NCBI GenBank assembly: GCA_963708135.1
Contig: OY970192.1
Span: 3,040,001-3,104,000, forward strand
DNA length: 64,000 nt
Direction of reading: 5' to 3'
From: an uncultured Gemmatimonadales bacterium
GTDB taxonomy: Bacteria; Gemmatimonadota; Gemmatimonadetes; Longimicrobiales; RSA9
How positions within the stretch are numbered: the first letter of the stretch is position 1; every line of letters begins with the position of its first letter. The notes beneath the pieces are model-generated. The model was given only the letters and a program-made list of their open reading frames with translations. It was not told where the DNA came from and searched no databases. Position numbers and translations under genes: made by a program. This document shows, piece by piece, positions 1 through 9,795 of the stretch.

Positions 1-512
1 GCCGCCGCGAGCGCCTCGTCCAGCGCGCCCGGCTCCCCCGCCGCGAAGCCGATCCGCTTCACCCCGAACTGCGGCAGGATGTTGTGCAGCAGGAACTCGG
101 TCCCGCCGTAGACGGGCTGGCTGTGGAGCACGGTGTCGCCGGGGCGCAGGAAGGAGAAGAGCGTGGTCGCGATCGCGGCCATGCCGCTCGAGAAGACCAG
201 CGCCGACTCCGCCTCGTCCCACAGCGCCAGCCGATCCTCCAACACCTCGAGGTCCGGGTTGTTGATGCGCGAGTATATGAGCCCCGGCTCCTCCGCCGGC
301 CCCTTCTCCCTCAGCCCGTACGCCAGCTCGAAGAACGCCTTGCCGTCCTCCGCCGACTTGAAGGCGAAGGTCGAAGTCTGGAAGATCGGCACCTTCACCG
401 AGCCCTCCGAGAGCTGCGGGTCGTAGCCGTAGCTCATCATGAGCGTCTCGGGCCTCAGCGCGTGCCCGCCGATCGACCGCTTCATGTATTTCTTGCGCTT
501 AGATTCGTCCAT
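1..512 (-). CDS. Cystathionine gamma-synthase / methionine gamma-lyase family PLP enzyme (N-terminal part, runs off window start)
   Basis: Manual translation: MDESKRKKYMKRSIGGHALRPETLMMSYGYDP...VPIFQTSTFAF...IYSRINNPDLEVLEDRLA...FSSGMAAI, Cys/Met metabolism PLP-family motifs. Confidence 0.85.
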   Translation of the reverse strand, partial: MDESKRKKYMKRSIGGHALRPETLMMSYGYDPQLSEGSVKVPIFQTSTFAFKSAEDGKAFFELAYGLREKGPAEEPGLIYSRINNPDLEVLEDRLALWDEAESALVFSSGMAAIATTLFSFLRPGDTVLHSQPVYGGTEFLLHNILPQFGVKRIGFAAGEPGALDEALAA

Positions 513-825
513 TGCGTGCCCCCTGGGTGCCGGGCCGTTGACTCGGGCCCTCGGCTAAGGGTATGGCGCGGGTGCGCGGGGGGCAAAGAGGCAGAGTGGG
601 AGAGTGGGAGAGTGGGAGAGTGGGCGAAGATTGCGGGGACCGCGCGTTGCCGGGCCAGGAGCCCGCCGGGCGCCGCCTTCACGGCGGGCGCGGGCGCCGC
701 GGCGGCGGGAGCCTTCCGGGCCCGCGAAGCGCGCCAGGCCCGGCACCCCGGCCAGGCGCAGCGCCGGCGGCCCGGGGTCCCCCCACTCCGCCACTCCCCC
801 GTTCGGGGGCGGCGTGGCGGAAGGG

Positions 826-1368
826 CTACCGCCAGCCCGCCTCCCGCAGCCCGGCCACCCCAGCGCGTGCGTAGTCGATGACGGCCCACGCGCTCACTGC
901 CACGACCAGCGGCAGGAACCACGCGAACCAGGCTGGGCGGACGAGGAGCAGCACCAGGGCGGCGAGCTGGAGCGCCGTCGCCCACTTGCCGGGCCGGCGC
1001 GAGCGCAGATGCAGCGGCAGGCGAAGGAGCAGCACGGCCAGGTAGCCGGCGGCGGTGAAGAGGTCGCGCAGCAGCAGGAGCGCGAGCTGCCAGAGCTCGA
1101 GCCGGCCGAGCGCCAGGAAGGTGCCGAGCGCCGTCAGCACGAAGACACGGTCCGCCACCGGGTCGAGCAGTTCGCCGGCACGCGAGGTCTGGCCCCACCG
1201 GCGGGCCAGCCGCCCATCCAGCCACTCCGTCGCCGCCGCCGCCAGCAGCACCCCACCTCGCGACGCATCCCCCGGCGCCAGTGCGAACGCCGGCGCCAGC
1301 GCCAGCCGCACGAACGAGAGGGCGTTCGGCAGCGTGGCCAGCCGGCCCGTCCGATCGGGCTTGCGCAT
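826..1368 (-). CDS. CDP-alcohol phosphatidyltransferase family protein
   Basis: TLPNALSFVRL...EWLDGRLARRWGQTSRAGELLDPVADR motif; hydrophobic. Confidence 0.85.
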   Translation of the reverse strand: MRKPDRTGRLATLPNALSFVRLALAPAFALAPGDASRGGVLLAAAATEWLDGRLARRWGQTSRAGELLDPVADRVFVLTALGTFLALGRLELWQLALLLLRDLFTAAGYLAVLLLRLPLHLRSRRPGKWATALQLAALVLLLVRPAWFAWFLPLVVAVSAWAVIDYARAGVAGLREAGWR

Positions 1369-1400
1369 GCCTGCCACGCCAACCGTCTCCAACCTCGGCC

Positions 1401-1610
1401 TCAATCCTCCAGGGTGAAGCCTACCTTCACCGTCACCTGCCAGTGAACGATCGAGCCGCCCTCGATGTGACCGCGAGTCTCCGTCACCTCGAACCAGCGC
1501 AGGTTGTGCAGCGTCTTCGACGCCCGCTCCACCGCGTTGCGGATCGCGGCCTCCACCCCCTCGGCCGACGACCCCGTGAGCTCGACGTGCTTGTACACGT
1601 GGTCCGCCAT
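1401..1610 (-). CDS. Dodecin (flavin-binding)
   Basis: [15 protein letters not shown]...[13 protein letters not shown]...[22 protein letters not shown]. Confidence 0.92.
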   Translation of the reverse strand: MADHVYKHVELTGSSAEGVEAAIRNAVERASKTLHNLRWFEVTETRGHIEGGSIVHWQVTVKVGFTLED

Positions 1611-2160
1611 CGCTCCTCCCATCCACGAGAGAGCCTCTCGCCCTGCAATCCACGCGCCGAAGCAGCCCGTATCCGAATCCAGCCCGCGCGGGACCCGAAT
1701 CCGGCTTCTCCCGGCTGTGGCGGATGAACCGGGGTCGCGACCCGGGGCCTTCACCACCCCCTCCACTGTCGAGCAAGATCGAGAAGTGGACCTCATCTCG
1801 GCGGCCCGGATCCCGCTTTCGATCGGTTTCCGAGAAGAAACGCGCACCGGGCGCGGCGGCACGACCTCGCGAACGCAATCTCGCTCGGTTTCCGGGAAAG
1901 ATCGGCATGACGGGCATCTGGCCCACCTCCGCCTCCCGATCTTTCTCGCAACGACCGGATTGCCGCGCTTCCTGCCAGCACCCGATCCACGAACCGAAGT
2001 CACCGGATGGCGGGTTCCGGGCGCTGCGCCTCCTGGCTTCTGCGGCGTCGCCCGGGATTCGTGTCCCACGCCGCACCCCCCAAACATCCGGGCCGCTCCA
2101 GATGTATATACTTGGTTCCCGCTGTGCAGTCGTACCCACGCAGCAACCCAGGAGCCACGT

Positions 2161-2568
2161 ATGACCCGCATCCGCACCACCCTCGCCGCCGCGGCCCTCG
2201 CCTTCCTCGCCGCGGCGCCCCTCGCCGCACAGGGCGCCAAGCAGGCCCCGGCCGACGCGTCCGGCGCGTGGACGCTCACGTCCACCACCCCGCGCGGCGA
2301 GCGCACCTCGAAGCTCACGCTCGTGCAGAAGGGCAGCGAGCTGACCGGCAGCCTCGAGGCCCGCATGGGCGAGGTCGCCATCTCCGACGGCTCGATCAAG
2401 GACGGCAAGGTGGCGTTCACCGTCACCATGGGCCGTGGCGAGCGGACCTTCAAGATGGTCTACGAGGGCACGCTGAAGGGCGACGCCATCGAGGGCACCT
2501 ACACCACGCCCCGCGGCGACAAGGTCCCCTTCAAGGCGACGAAGGGCGCACCGCCCGCGTCGAACTAG
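2161..2568 (+). CDS. Secreted hypothetical protein
   Basis: Signal peptide [32 protein letters not shown], high-GC3 codon use. Confidence 0.75.
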   Translation: MTRIRTTLAAAALAFLAAAPLAAQGAKQAPADASGAWTLTSTTPRGERTSKLTLVQKGSELTGSLEARMGEVAISDGSIKDGKVAFTVTMGRGERTFKMVYEGTLKGDAIEGTYTTPRGDKVPFKATKGAPPASN

Positions 2569-2685
2569 CGGACTCGCCGGCCCCGACGCTCCCGCGCGCT
2601 GGTAGCGCGGCACGGCGTCGGGGCGTTGTCCGTCTCCGCGGCCCGGAGCTATATAGATAGCCGGCTCTTCTATCGGACGAACGGT

Positions 2686-3777
2686 ATGCCCTCCTCCCGC
2701 CGCTTCCCGCTTCTCGCCGCCGGGGCGCTCTCCGCCGCCGTGGGCCTCCACGGCACCGCCGCGCTGGCGCAGCAGCCGGACTCCGCGGTGCTGCGAGGCC
2801 GTGTGCTGGCGGCCGAATCGGGCCAGCCGCTACCCTTCGCCGTGCTGGAGCTCCCCGGCACCAATCGCCAGGTGCTCACCGACGCGGCCGGGCGGTTCCA
2901 GCTCGCGCAGCCGCCGGGGCCGTTCACCGTGCGGGCGGAATACCTCGGCTACAGCAGCGCCGATACGACGCTGCAGGGCGGCGGGGCGGGCGGCTTCGTC
3001 GAGCTGCGCCTCCAGCGGCAGCCGCTCGAGCTGGCGGCCGTCGAGGCGAAGGGGGAGGCGCGCGAGTGCACGCGGAGCGGATTCACGGATTCGGCCAGCA
3101 GCGCGAGCGTGGCGGCCCTCGCCGATGAGGTGAGGAAGAACGGGACCCGGTTCCACGTTTTCGCGGAGTCGTTCCCATTCAGGGAGCGCTTCTCCCGGGC
3201 CGGTACGTACCTGGACGACAGCGTCGCGGTGGCCACCCGGAGGGACACGGTCGTGCAGGGCTCGCAGAGTGCGTACGAGCCCGGCGGCGCGCTCGTCCGG
3301 AGAGAGGCGCCCGGCGGCCGGACGTCCTACATGCTGTGGGGTCCCTCCGCCTACGCACTGTCGGACCCGACGTTCCAGGCCAGCCACTGCTTCCGCTACG
3401 GCGGCACCGAAACGCTCGAAGGGACACCCGTCTACCGCGTGGATATCGTACCGCTGTCCAGCATCCGGGGCCCGGACGTGCGCGGGTTCCTCCTCCTCGA
3501 CAAGACGACCCTTGTGCTCCGCCGCGCGGTCTTCTACGTCGTCAACCTCCCGCACGGGCTGTTGTTCTCCGACGTCCGGCTGCAGGGCGATTTCCACGAG
3601 ATCGCACCCGGCCTCCTCGTGCCGCAGCGGATCCGGACGACCGAACGGCTGCACCACGTGAAGATCAGCGGCAGGAGCGTGAACGGCTACAGCGAGATCA
3701 AGACACTCGTCGATCTCGAATTCAGCGGTCTCCCACCCGCCACGCTACCGCCGCGGCTGCGCCGTCCCCCCGAATAG
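2686..3777 (+). CDS. Secreted carboxypeptidase-regulatory-like domain protein
   Basis: Signal peptide, then LRGRVLAAESGQPLPFAVLEL...TDAAGRFQL...VRAEYLGY. Confidence 0.7.
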   Translation: MPSSRRFPLLAAGALSAAVGLHGTAALAQQPDSAVLRGRVLAAESGQPLPFAVLELPGTNRQVLTDAAGRFQLAQPPGPFTVRAEYLGYSSADTTLQGGGAGGFVELRLQRQPLELAAVEAKGEARECTRSGFTDSASSASVAALADEVRKNGTRFHVFAESFPFRERFSRAGTYLDDSVAVATRRDTVVQGSQSAYEPGGALVRREAPGGRTSYMLWGPSAYALSDPTFQASHCFRYGGTETLEGTPVYRVDIVPLSSIRGPDVRGFLLLDKTTLVLRRAVFYVVNLPHGLLFSDVRLQGDFHEIAPGLLVPQRIRTTERLHHVKISGRSVNGYSEIKTLVDLEFSGLPPATLPPRLRRPPE

Positions 3778-3867
3778 CCCGGCACGCGCCGGCCACGCGT
3801 GCCCGCTGCCCGGCCTTCCTCTTGCACCCCTTCCCTGCGCCCTGCACCACGAGCCCGAGGAACAGCC

Positions 3868-5577
3868 TTGCCCGACCTGCAAGACCTCGCCGCCGCCCTG
3901 CGCCGCCTGGACGGCAAGGGCTACAAGGCCTACAAGGACGTGAAGGGCCGCTACGACGCCGGCCGCTTCACGCTGTCGATCGACCACGTGCAGGGCGACC
4001 CGTTCGCCGAGCCGAGCCGGCTGCGGGCGCTCGTGCCGGCGGACTCCGCGGCGCTGCCCGAGTGGGCGCTGCGCAACGAGGCCCGCCGCACGGCCGCGGC
4101 GGACTTCCTGAACCGGGCGCTGGAGGCGGCGCTCCGGCGGCGCGCGTCGGACCGCGGCTCCGGGAAGAGCGGCGAGCTGTTCGTCCTCCGCCCCGGCCAG
4201 GAGGTGCTCGTCCGGGCCGCCATGGCGGTGAGCCCCGACGGGGCCGTGGAGGCCCGCTTCCGCGCGGGGCTGCCGGCGCGGGGGCGTCGCATCCTCGGGC
4301 GAGAGGCGGCGGAGCTGCTCACCGGAGATGTGCCCGCCGCCGTCGAGGCGGCGCTGCTCTTCGAGTCGCTGGACGCCGATGCGCTGCGGCTGCACGTGGA
4401 GAGCGTGGAGGACGCGCGGGCGCTGCGGGCGGCGCTGGCGGAGCAGGGCCTCGTCGCCTTCGTGGCCGATGGCGCGCACCTGCCGCGCAGGAGCGGCATC
4501 GACGACCGGCCGCTGCCGTTCGAGGATGCCGTCCCCTTTCGCGCGCCCGACTCGCTGCACGTGACGCTCCACGCGCCCAATGCAGGCGACGTCGCCGGCC
4601 TCGGCATCCGCGCGGGCGTCACCCTCATCGTGGGCGGCGGGTTCCACGGCAAGTCCACGCTGCTGCGCGCCATCGAGCGCGGCGTCTACGACCACGTCCC
4701 GGGCGATGGCCGCGAGCGGGTGGTGGCGGTGGCGGACGCGGTGAAGGTGCGGGCGGAGGACGGGCGGGCGGTGGCGGGCACGGACATCTCGAACTTCATC
4801 GGCCGGCTGCCCGGCGGCGGCGACACGCGCGCGTTCCGGACCGCGAACGCGAGCGGCTCGACCTCGCAGGCGGCGGCCATCGCGGAGGCGCTGGAGGTCG
4901 GCTGCGCCTGCCTGCTGCTGGACGAGGACACCTCGGCCACCAACTTCATGATCCGCGACGCGCGCATGCAGGCGCTGATCGCGGACGAGCACGAGCCGAT
5001 CACGCCCTTCATCGACCGCGCCCGCCAGCTGGCCGACGAGCTCGGCGTCTCGACCCTCCTCGTCGTGGGCGGCAGCGGCGACTACTTCGACGTGGCCGAC
5101 ACCGTCATCGCGATGCGCGACTACGTCCCCGCCGAGGTCACGGCGCAGGCACGCCGCATCGCCCGCGAGCAGCCGACCCGCCGCGCGCACGAGGGCGGTC
5201 CCTGGCGGGACGTCGCGGCGCGCGTGCCGCTCCCCGCCTCGCTCGACCCGAGCCGCGGCCGCCACGACGTGCACCTGCGCACGCGCTCCGAGGAGCGGAT
5301 CCTCTTCGGCACGCAGGAGGTCGAGCTCTCGGCGGTCGAGCAGATCGTCGAGACGGGGCAGACGCGCGCCATGGGCGAGGCGATCGCGTGGGCGCGCGGC
5401 CGGGCGCTGGACGGGGAGCGCAACATGGCGGAGGCGCTGCGCGAGATCATGGCCACGCTAGAGCGCGACGGGCTGGACGCCTTCCAGCGCCACGAGGCAG
5501 GCGAGCTCGCCGCGTTCCGCATCTACGAGCTGGCCGCGTTCCTCAACCGGATCCGGGGACTCGAAACCCGCGGCTGA
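3868..5577 (+). CDS. ABC-class ATPase domain-containing protein
   Basis: IDHVQGDPFAEPS, Walker A GGGFHGKST, Walker B LLLDEDTSATNFMIRD; start codon uncertain. Confidence 0.85.
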   Translation: MPDLQDLAAALRRLDGKGYKAYKDVKGRYDAGRFTLSIDHVQGDPFAEPSRLRALVPADSAALPEWALRNEARRTAAADFLNRALEAALRRRASDRGSGKSGELFVLRPGQEVLVRAAMAVSPDGAVEARFRAGLPARGRRILGREAAELLTGDVPAAVEAALLFESLDADALRLHVESVEDARALRAALAEQGLVAFVADGAHLPRRSGIDDRPLPFEDAVPFRAPDSLHVTLHAPNAGDVAGLGIRAGVTLIVGGGFHGKSTLLRAIERGVYDHVPGDGRERVVAVADAVKVRAEDGRAVAGTDISNFIGRLPGGGDTRAFRTANASGSTSQAAAIAEALEVGCACLLLDEDTSATNFMIRDARMQALIADEHEPITPFIDRARQLADELGVSTLLVVGGSGDYFDVADTVIAMRDYVPAEVTAQARRIAREQPTRRAHEGGPWRDVAARVPLPASLDPSRGRHDVHLRTRSEERILFGTQEVELSAVEQIVETGQTRAMGEAIAWARGRALDGERNMAEALREIMATLERDGLDAFQRHEAGELAAFRIYELAAFLNRIRGLETRG

Positions 5578-5616
5578 CGGAGCCCTCCGCGTCATGCCGC
5601 CCCGCCCCGAACATGA

Positions 5617-6501
5617 TTACGCCGGCGGCGGCGCGGAGACGGGCGTCGCCTGCTCGGGGAAGTAGCCCCTGGCGTGCAGGCCGAGCAGGGCGATCGTCGC
5701 GAGCAGCGCGATGTCGGCGAAGAGGAGCGGCGCGAAGATCGGCGGCCCGTAGAGCACGCGCTCGCGCAGGGTGGCGGGCGATGGCTCGAGCAGCGGCCAC
5801 ACGTGCAGGCCGAAGCCGAGCAGGCCGACGGCGCACTGGAGCGCCATCACGCCAAGCGTCACGCGGTAGAAGAGCGCGGACTGCGGCCGCAGCATCGGCA
5901 GCAACAGGAACGACACCGCGAGCGCGGCGGAACCCACGGCCAGCCACTCCGCGGGGTTGAAGAAGCCGTTCTGCGCGTGGTCCACGAGCGCGAGGCCGAA
6001 GTCGCCGGCGAAGCCGCCCAGGGCGAGGAACAGGACCCACTGTGCCCAGGCCAGGCTGTGGTGTGGCACCATGCGGTTGAGCAGCACGAGGAATCCCAGC
6101 CCGGTGAACGCGAGCGGCGCCAGGAACGGCGCGGAGTAGACGAGGCCGCGCAGCGTGAGCGTGTGGAAGAACATGCCGTTGAGGTGCCAGGCCAGCCCGG
6201 CCACGCCCACGGCGATCGAGGCGCAGCCGACCACCAGTCCGATCCAGCGCCCCGCACCGCGGTGGAACGGGCGCACCATCACGAGGCCGGTGAAGAGGGC
6301 GAGGGCGCCGGCGGGCGCGAAGGCGAGCGGGATCCACTCGGCCGGGTTTCGGAACGCGTTCGCGGAGTGGGCCAGGAAGATGTCGAGGGTCAGGAAGGCG
6401 AGGTTCGCCGCCGCGAAGGCCTCGACGACGAGCGGCAGCGCGCCCGGAAAATGGGCGCGGACGGCCAGGAGCCGGTCCGGGCTAGCGGCCGGCCCCGGCA
6501 C
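5617..6501 (-). CDS. Polytopic membrane protein, partner of the multiheme cytochrome
   Basis: Several TM segments with repeated H-x2-N-x-F-x-NPAEW halves; overlaps the cytochrome 3' end. Confidence 0.7.
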   Translation of the reverse strand: MPGPAASPDRLLAVRAHFPGALPLVVEAFAAANLAFLTLDIFLAHSANAFRNPAEWIPLAFAPAGALALFTGLVMVRPFHRGAGRWIGLVVGCASIAVGVAGLAWHLNGMFFHTLTLRGLVYSAPFLAPLAFTGLGFLVLLNRMVPHHSLAWAQWVLFLALGGFAGDFGLALVDHAQNGFFNPAEWLAVGSAALAVSFLLLPMLRPQSALFYRVTLGVMALQCAVGLLGFGLHVWPLLEPSPATLRERVLYGPPIFAPLLFADIALLATIALLGLHARGYFPEQATPVSAPPPA

Positions 6502-7735
6502 GCTCCGCTCCGTGCCCGGCGCGCAGCGCCGCGGCCTCGGCCCGCAGCTCGACCAGCCCGCGCGTGAGCTCGTAGTTGCCGTGCCACTGCACGAAGTCGG
6601 CGCCGCCCATGAAGGCGCCGTGCTTGGCCGTCCGGCCGGCATAGTGCCAGTAGTCGAAGTAGTCGAAGTCGATCGGGCGCGAGTAGGGCGCCCCCAGCAG
6701 GCCCGCGCCGCGCAGCGAGCTCATCACGCCCTGCGCCTCGCGGACGCGCGCGTTGACGGAGACGAGCACCTGCTCGGCCTGGGCGAAGAAGCGGCGCGTG
6801 TGGGGCTCGGTGTGGCACTGGTCGCACACCGCCATCATCGCCTCGCGGCCGCGCAGGTAGTTCGGCCGCTTCGTCGAGACTTCCGCGAAGAGGTACCAGG
6901 AGAGGCGCTGCCCCACGTCGTGCGTCGAGCCGGTGCCGCCCAGCCCGCTCATGTGGCACGTCGCGCACGTGGGAACCGGCATGTCCTCCGCCGTGAGCCG
7001 GCCGGCCGGCGCCGACAGGTTCATCTGCGGGCGCAGCAGGTTGAACAGCACGCCGTGCTTCGACTCCGTGTAGATCTCGAGCTGCGAGTGGTCCGGCCCC
7101 ATGTGGCATTGCCCGCAGGTCTCCGGCAGCCGGGCCAGCGCGACGGAGGCCTGGTGCCGCCCGTGGCACGCCGTGCAGCTCCCGATCGAGCCGTCGGCGT
7201 TGGGCCTGCCGATCGAGTGACACGAGACGCAGCCCGCGCGCAACGCGACGCCGCCCTCGAGCGCCGCCAGCGCGTTCGGCGGCCGCTTCACCGCCCCCGG
7301 ATTGTGCGCCTCCGCGAGCTGGATCTGCTCCGGCGTGAACGCCGAGTCCCCCAGGATCGCGGCGTAGGCCGGCGCCGCGTGCCGGCTGCGCACGTACTCC
7401 CGGTATTCCCGCGCGTGACAGCTCGAGCAGTTCAGCGACGTCACCGTCCGCGCCAGCACGAAGCCGCGGTGCTCCAGCTTCTCCTGGCCATCCGCCGCGC
7501 CGTGGCAGTCCAGGCAGGTGATGCCCGCGGCCGCGTGCCGGCTCAGCTCGTACTCGTGCACGATCGCCGCCGTCTCCTCCCGGTGGCAGGACGCGCACTT
7601 GCCCGTCGCGCGCACCAGCTCCGGTCGCGGCTGCGCCCGCTCGATCGCCGGCCGCCGACTGTTGATCAGCAGCGCGCCGAGAATGAGCGCCGTCGCCGCC
7701 ACGACCGCGATGAACACGGCCCGGAAGGAGGCCAT
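6482..7735 (-). CDS. Octaheme cytochrome c, hydroxylamine oxidoreductase (HAO)-like family
   Basis: Eight CxxCH motifs (CASCH, CLDCH, CSSCH, CVSCH, CTACH, CGQCH, CATCH, CDQCH); CGQCHMGPDHSQLEIYTESKHG signature; N-terminal anchor. Confidence 0.88.
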   Translation of the reverse strand: MASFRAVFIAVVAATALILGALLINSRRPAIERAQPRPELVRATGKCASCHREETAAIVHEYELSRHAAAGITCLDCHGAADGQEKLEHRGFVLARTVTSLNCSSCHAREYREYVRSRHAAPAYAAILGDSAFTPEQIQLAEAHNPGAVKRPPNALAALEGGVALRAGCVSCHSIGRPNADGSIGSCTACHGRHQASVALARLPETCGQCHMGPDHSQLEIYTESKHGVLFNLLRPQMNLSAPAGRLTAEDMPVPTCATCHMSGLGGTGSTHDVGQRLSWYLFAEVSTKRPNYLRGREAMMAVCDQCHTEPHTRRFFAQAEQVLVSVNARVREAQGVMSSLRGAGLLGAPYSRPIDFDYFDYWHYAGRTAKHGAFMGGADFVQWHGNYELTRGLVELRAEAAALRAGHGAERAGAGR

Positions 7736-7905
7736 TCGTCTCGCTCCGCATGGGGTCACCGCAGCGGCCGGCGACGCGCACCCGCGCACCGCCTTCGGCC
7801 GCACCGGGACGCAAGGTAAGGGATTCGGGGCCGTGCGTCAGGTCGGGACCCTATCGGGGCCCCGCCCGACAGCGGAGGGATGGGAAGCGAGGCTTTCCGG
7901 CCGGC

Positions 7906-8262
7906 TCAGGCCCGGTCGAAGGCGTCCAGCGCCGCCGGCAACGACTCCACCACCCGCGCACCCGCCGCCGGCAGACCCAGCAGCACCGCGCTGATCAGCT
8001 CCCGCCGGCTGGCCCCGGCCCGCCTGGCCACCACCGCCTTCTCCCCGATCGCGTCCTCCAGCCCCAGCGCCGCCGCCACCGCCGCGCCCGCCAGCGCCGA
8101 CGTCTTCGCGTCCAGCGCCGACGCCTGCTCCAGCCCGCTCGTTGCCTCCAGCCACGCGTACGCATGGGCCGGCGCCTCGTCCATCAGCCGGCGCATCGCC
8201 GCGCTCACCCCATGGAAGCTCCGCCGGCGCTCCGCCGGAGCCGCGCTCAACCGCGTCGCCAT
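7906..8262 (-). CDS. Carboxymuconolactone decarboxylase (AhpD-like) family protein
   Basis: SALDAKTSALA...ARRAGASRRELISAVL pattern. Confidence 0.6.
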   Translation of the reverse strand: MATRLSAAPAERRRSFHGVSAAMRRLMDEAPAHAYAWLEATSGLEQASALDAKTSALAGAAVAAALGLEDAIGEKAVVARRAGASRRELISAVLLGLPAAGARVVESLPAALDAFDRA

Positions 8263-8809
8263 CCTCCCGCTCCTTCCAATGCGAACGCGCCGGGCTCCGC
8301 CGCTCCCGGCGGGGCCGTCCATTCCCGACGGCCGCCGGCGCCGAGGCCTCCCAGTGCACGCGGCGCGCCCCCGCGGCCGGCGCCTTCGCGCGGCCGGTTT
8401 CTGCGCACCGTGGCGCGGAATTCCGGCCGCGGGGCGTTGCGCCCCGCTCGGCCGCTGTGGGGCAGTTCGCCCCAGGGGCCCTGACCGCGCGTGGCGGTGC
8501 GCGACGGGAGCGGCCGCTACCGGGAGCTCGACCCGAGCCCGATTGGCCGCGAGCAGCATGCGCTTGCACCGCCGCGTGCCCAGCGACCGCTCCGGGCAGG
8601 GCATCCGCCGAGAGAAGTTCCGTAGCGAGGCAAAAGCTCTTGTCCGACAACGAGTTGACAACTGGTTGACAGGTGATGGCCATCATTGCCGGGCCAGAGT
8701 CGAGACAATCCCGGCTTCCAGGACCGGAGAAATCCTCCGGCCCGTTCGCCCCGGCCGGCGGACGCATGCCGCGACGGGGCGAGATTGCACACAACCAGGA
8801 GGTATCCCG

Positions 8810-9103
8810 ATGACAAGCCGCACGCTCCTGCTGGTCACAGGCTTCAGCACCCTCGTCGTGCTCGGCGCGTGCTCCGATCCGGTGGGTCCGGGCAACGTCC
8901 TCGCCGGCCAGCATCCTTCGGTCAGCTTGGATGTCCAGCCGGGCTCACAAGGCCCGGCCCGGAAGTGCGACGCTTCGGATGCGGCCGCCGCGGGTGCGCT
9001 GAACATGCTGCAGGACCCGACCATGTGGACGATTCCGATGGCACGCGACGCGGCGCAGGGAAACGACGGGATGTTCCACGCCGTGGGCGTCTCCGGCTGC
9101 TGA
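8810..9103 (+). CDS. Small lipoprotein, hypothetical
   Basis: AGGAGG RBS, lipobox LGAC. Confidence 0.6.
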   Translation: MTSRTLLLVTGFSTLVVLGACSDPVGPGNVLAGQHPSVSLDVQPGSQGPARKCDASDAAAAGALNMLQDPTMWTIPMARDAAQGNDGMFHAVGVSGC

Positions 9104-9204
9104 GCCCTTCCCGCGGGCCCGGGCAGGCTGCTCGGGCAGCCTGTCCGGCCGGGCCAGCGTCCAATCGGGGAGTGCTCCGCACGTGAGAACGGATTCCGCC
9201 GTTC

Positions 9205-9573
9205 CTAATCCCGCTTCTTCTCCCGGCCGACGAAGAGGGTCAGCACGATGCTCACGATGGTGACGACGAGCGCGCCGACGAAGGCGGGGAGGAACCCGGC
9301 CACGTGGAACTGGAGCCCGAACGCGGTGGAGATCGCGCTCGTGAGCCAGAGCATCAGCGCGTTCAGGATGAGGAGGAAGACGCCGAGGGTGAGGACGACG
9401 AGCGGGCACGTCAGGAGCACGAGCAGCGGCCGCACGACGGCGTTGACGATGCCGAACACGAGGGCCACGCCGAGCAGCCCGGGGCCGTGACCGTAGTACT
9501 CGATGCCCGGGACGATGGCCACGGCCACCCAGAGGGCGGCCGCGTTGATGACCAGGCGGAGCAGAAATCGCAT
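9205..9573 (-). CDS. Phage holin family (YvlD/DUF360-like) membrane protein
   Basis: MRFLLRLVINAAALWVA...GIVNAVVRPLLVLLTCPLVVLTLGVFLLILNALML. Confidence 0.85.
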   Translation of the reverse strand: MRFLLRLVINAAALWVAVAIVPGIEYYGHGPGLLGVALVFGIVNAVVRPLLVLLTCPLVVLTLGVFLLILNALMLWLTSAISTAFGLQFHVAGFLPAFVGALVVTIVSIVLTLFVGREKKRD

Positions 9574-9729
9574 GAGAGGGTGCGCTCCCGTGGAGGTGGA
9601 CGCTGCGGGGCCGAAGCTCCGCGCGGCGGGCCCGGCGCGCAACCCGCCGTCCCGCCCATCCCTACGGTCCGGTCGAGCGGCCCGTTTCAGGGACGGGGTC
9701 CGCTCCGCCGCCGACCCGGCAGCGGCAAA

Positions 9730-9774
9730 CACCGCGAACGCCGCCGACCTGGAAGGCCGGCGGCGTTCGCGGTG
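9730..9774 (-). terminator. Strong hairpin, probable intrinsic terminator
   Basis: 17-bp perfect inverted repeat CACCGCGAACGCCGCCG / CGGCGGCGTTCGCGGTG just after the PHI-1-like gene; U-tract short. Confidence 0.55.
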
Positions 9775-9795
9775 CTGGGTATGGCGGCAATCAGC

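Noticed and set aside
9205..9573. Prophage signalled by the holin-family gene
   Set aside because: YvlD-like proteins are common chromosomal membrane proteins and no phage genes are nearby.
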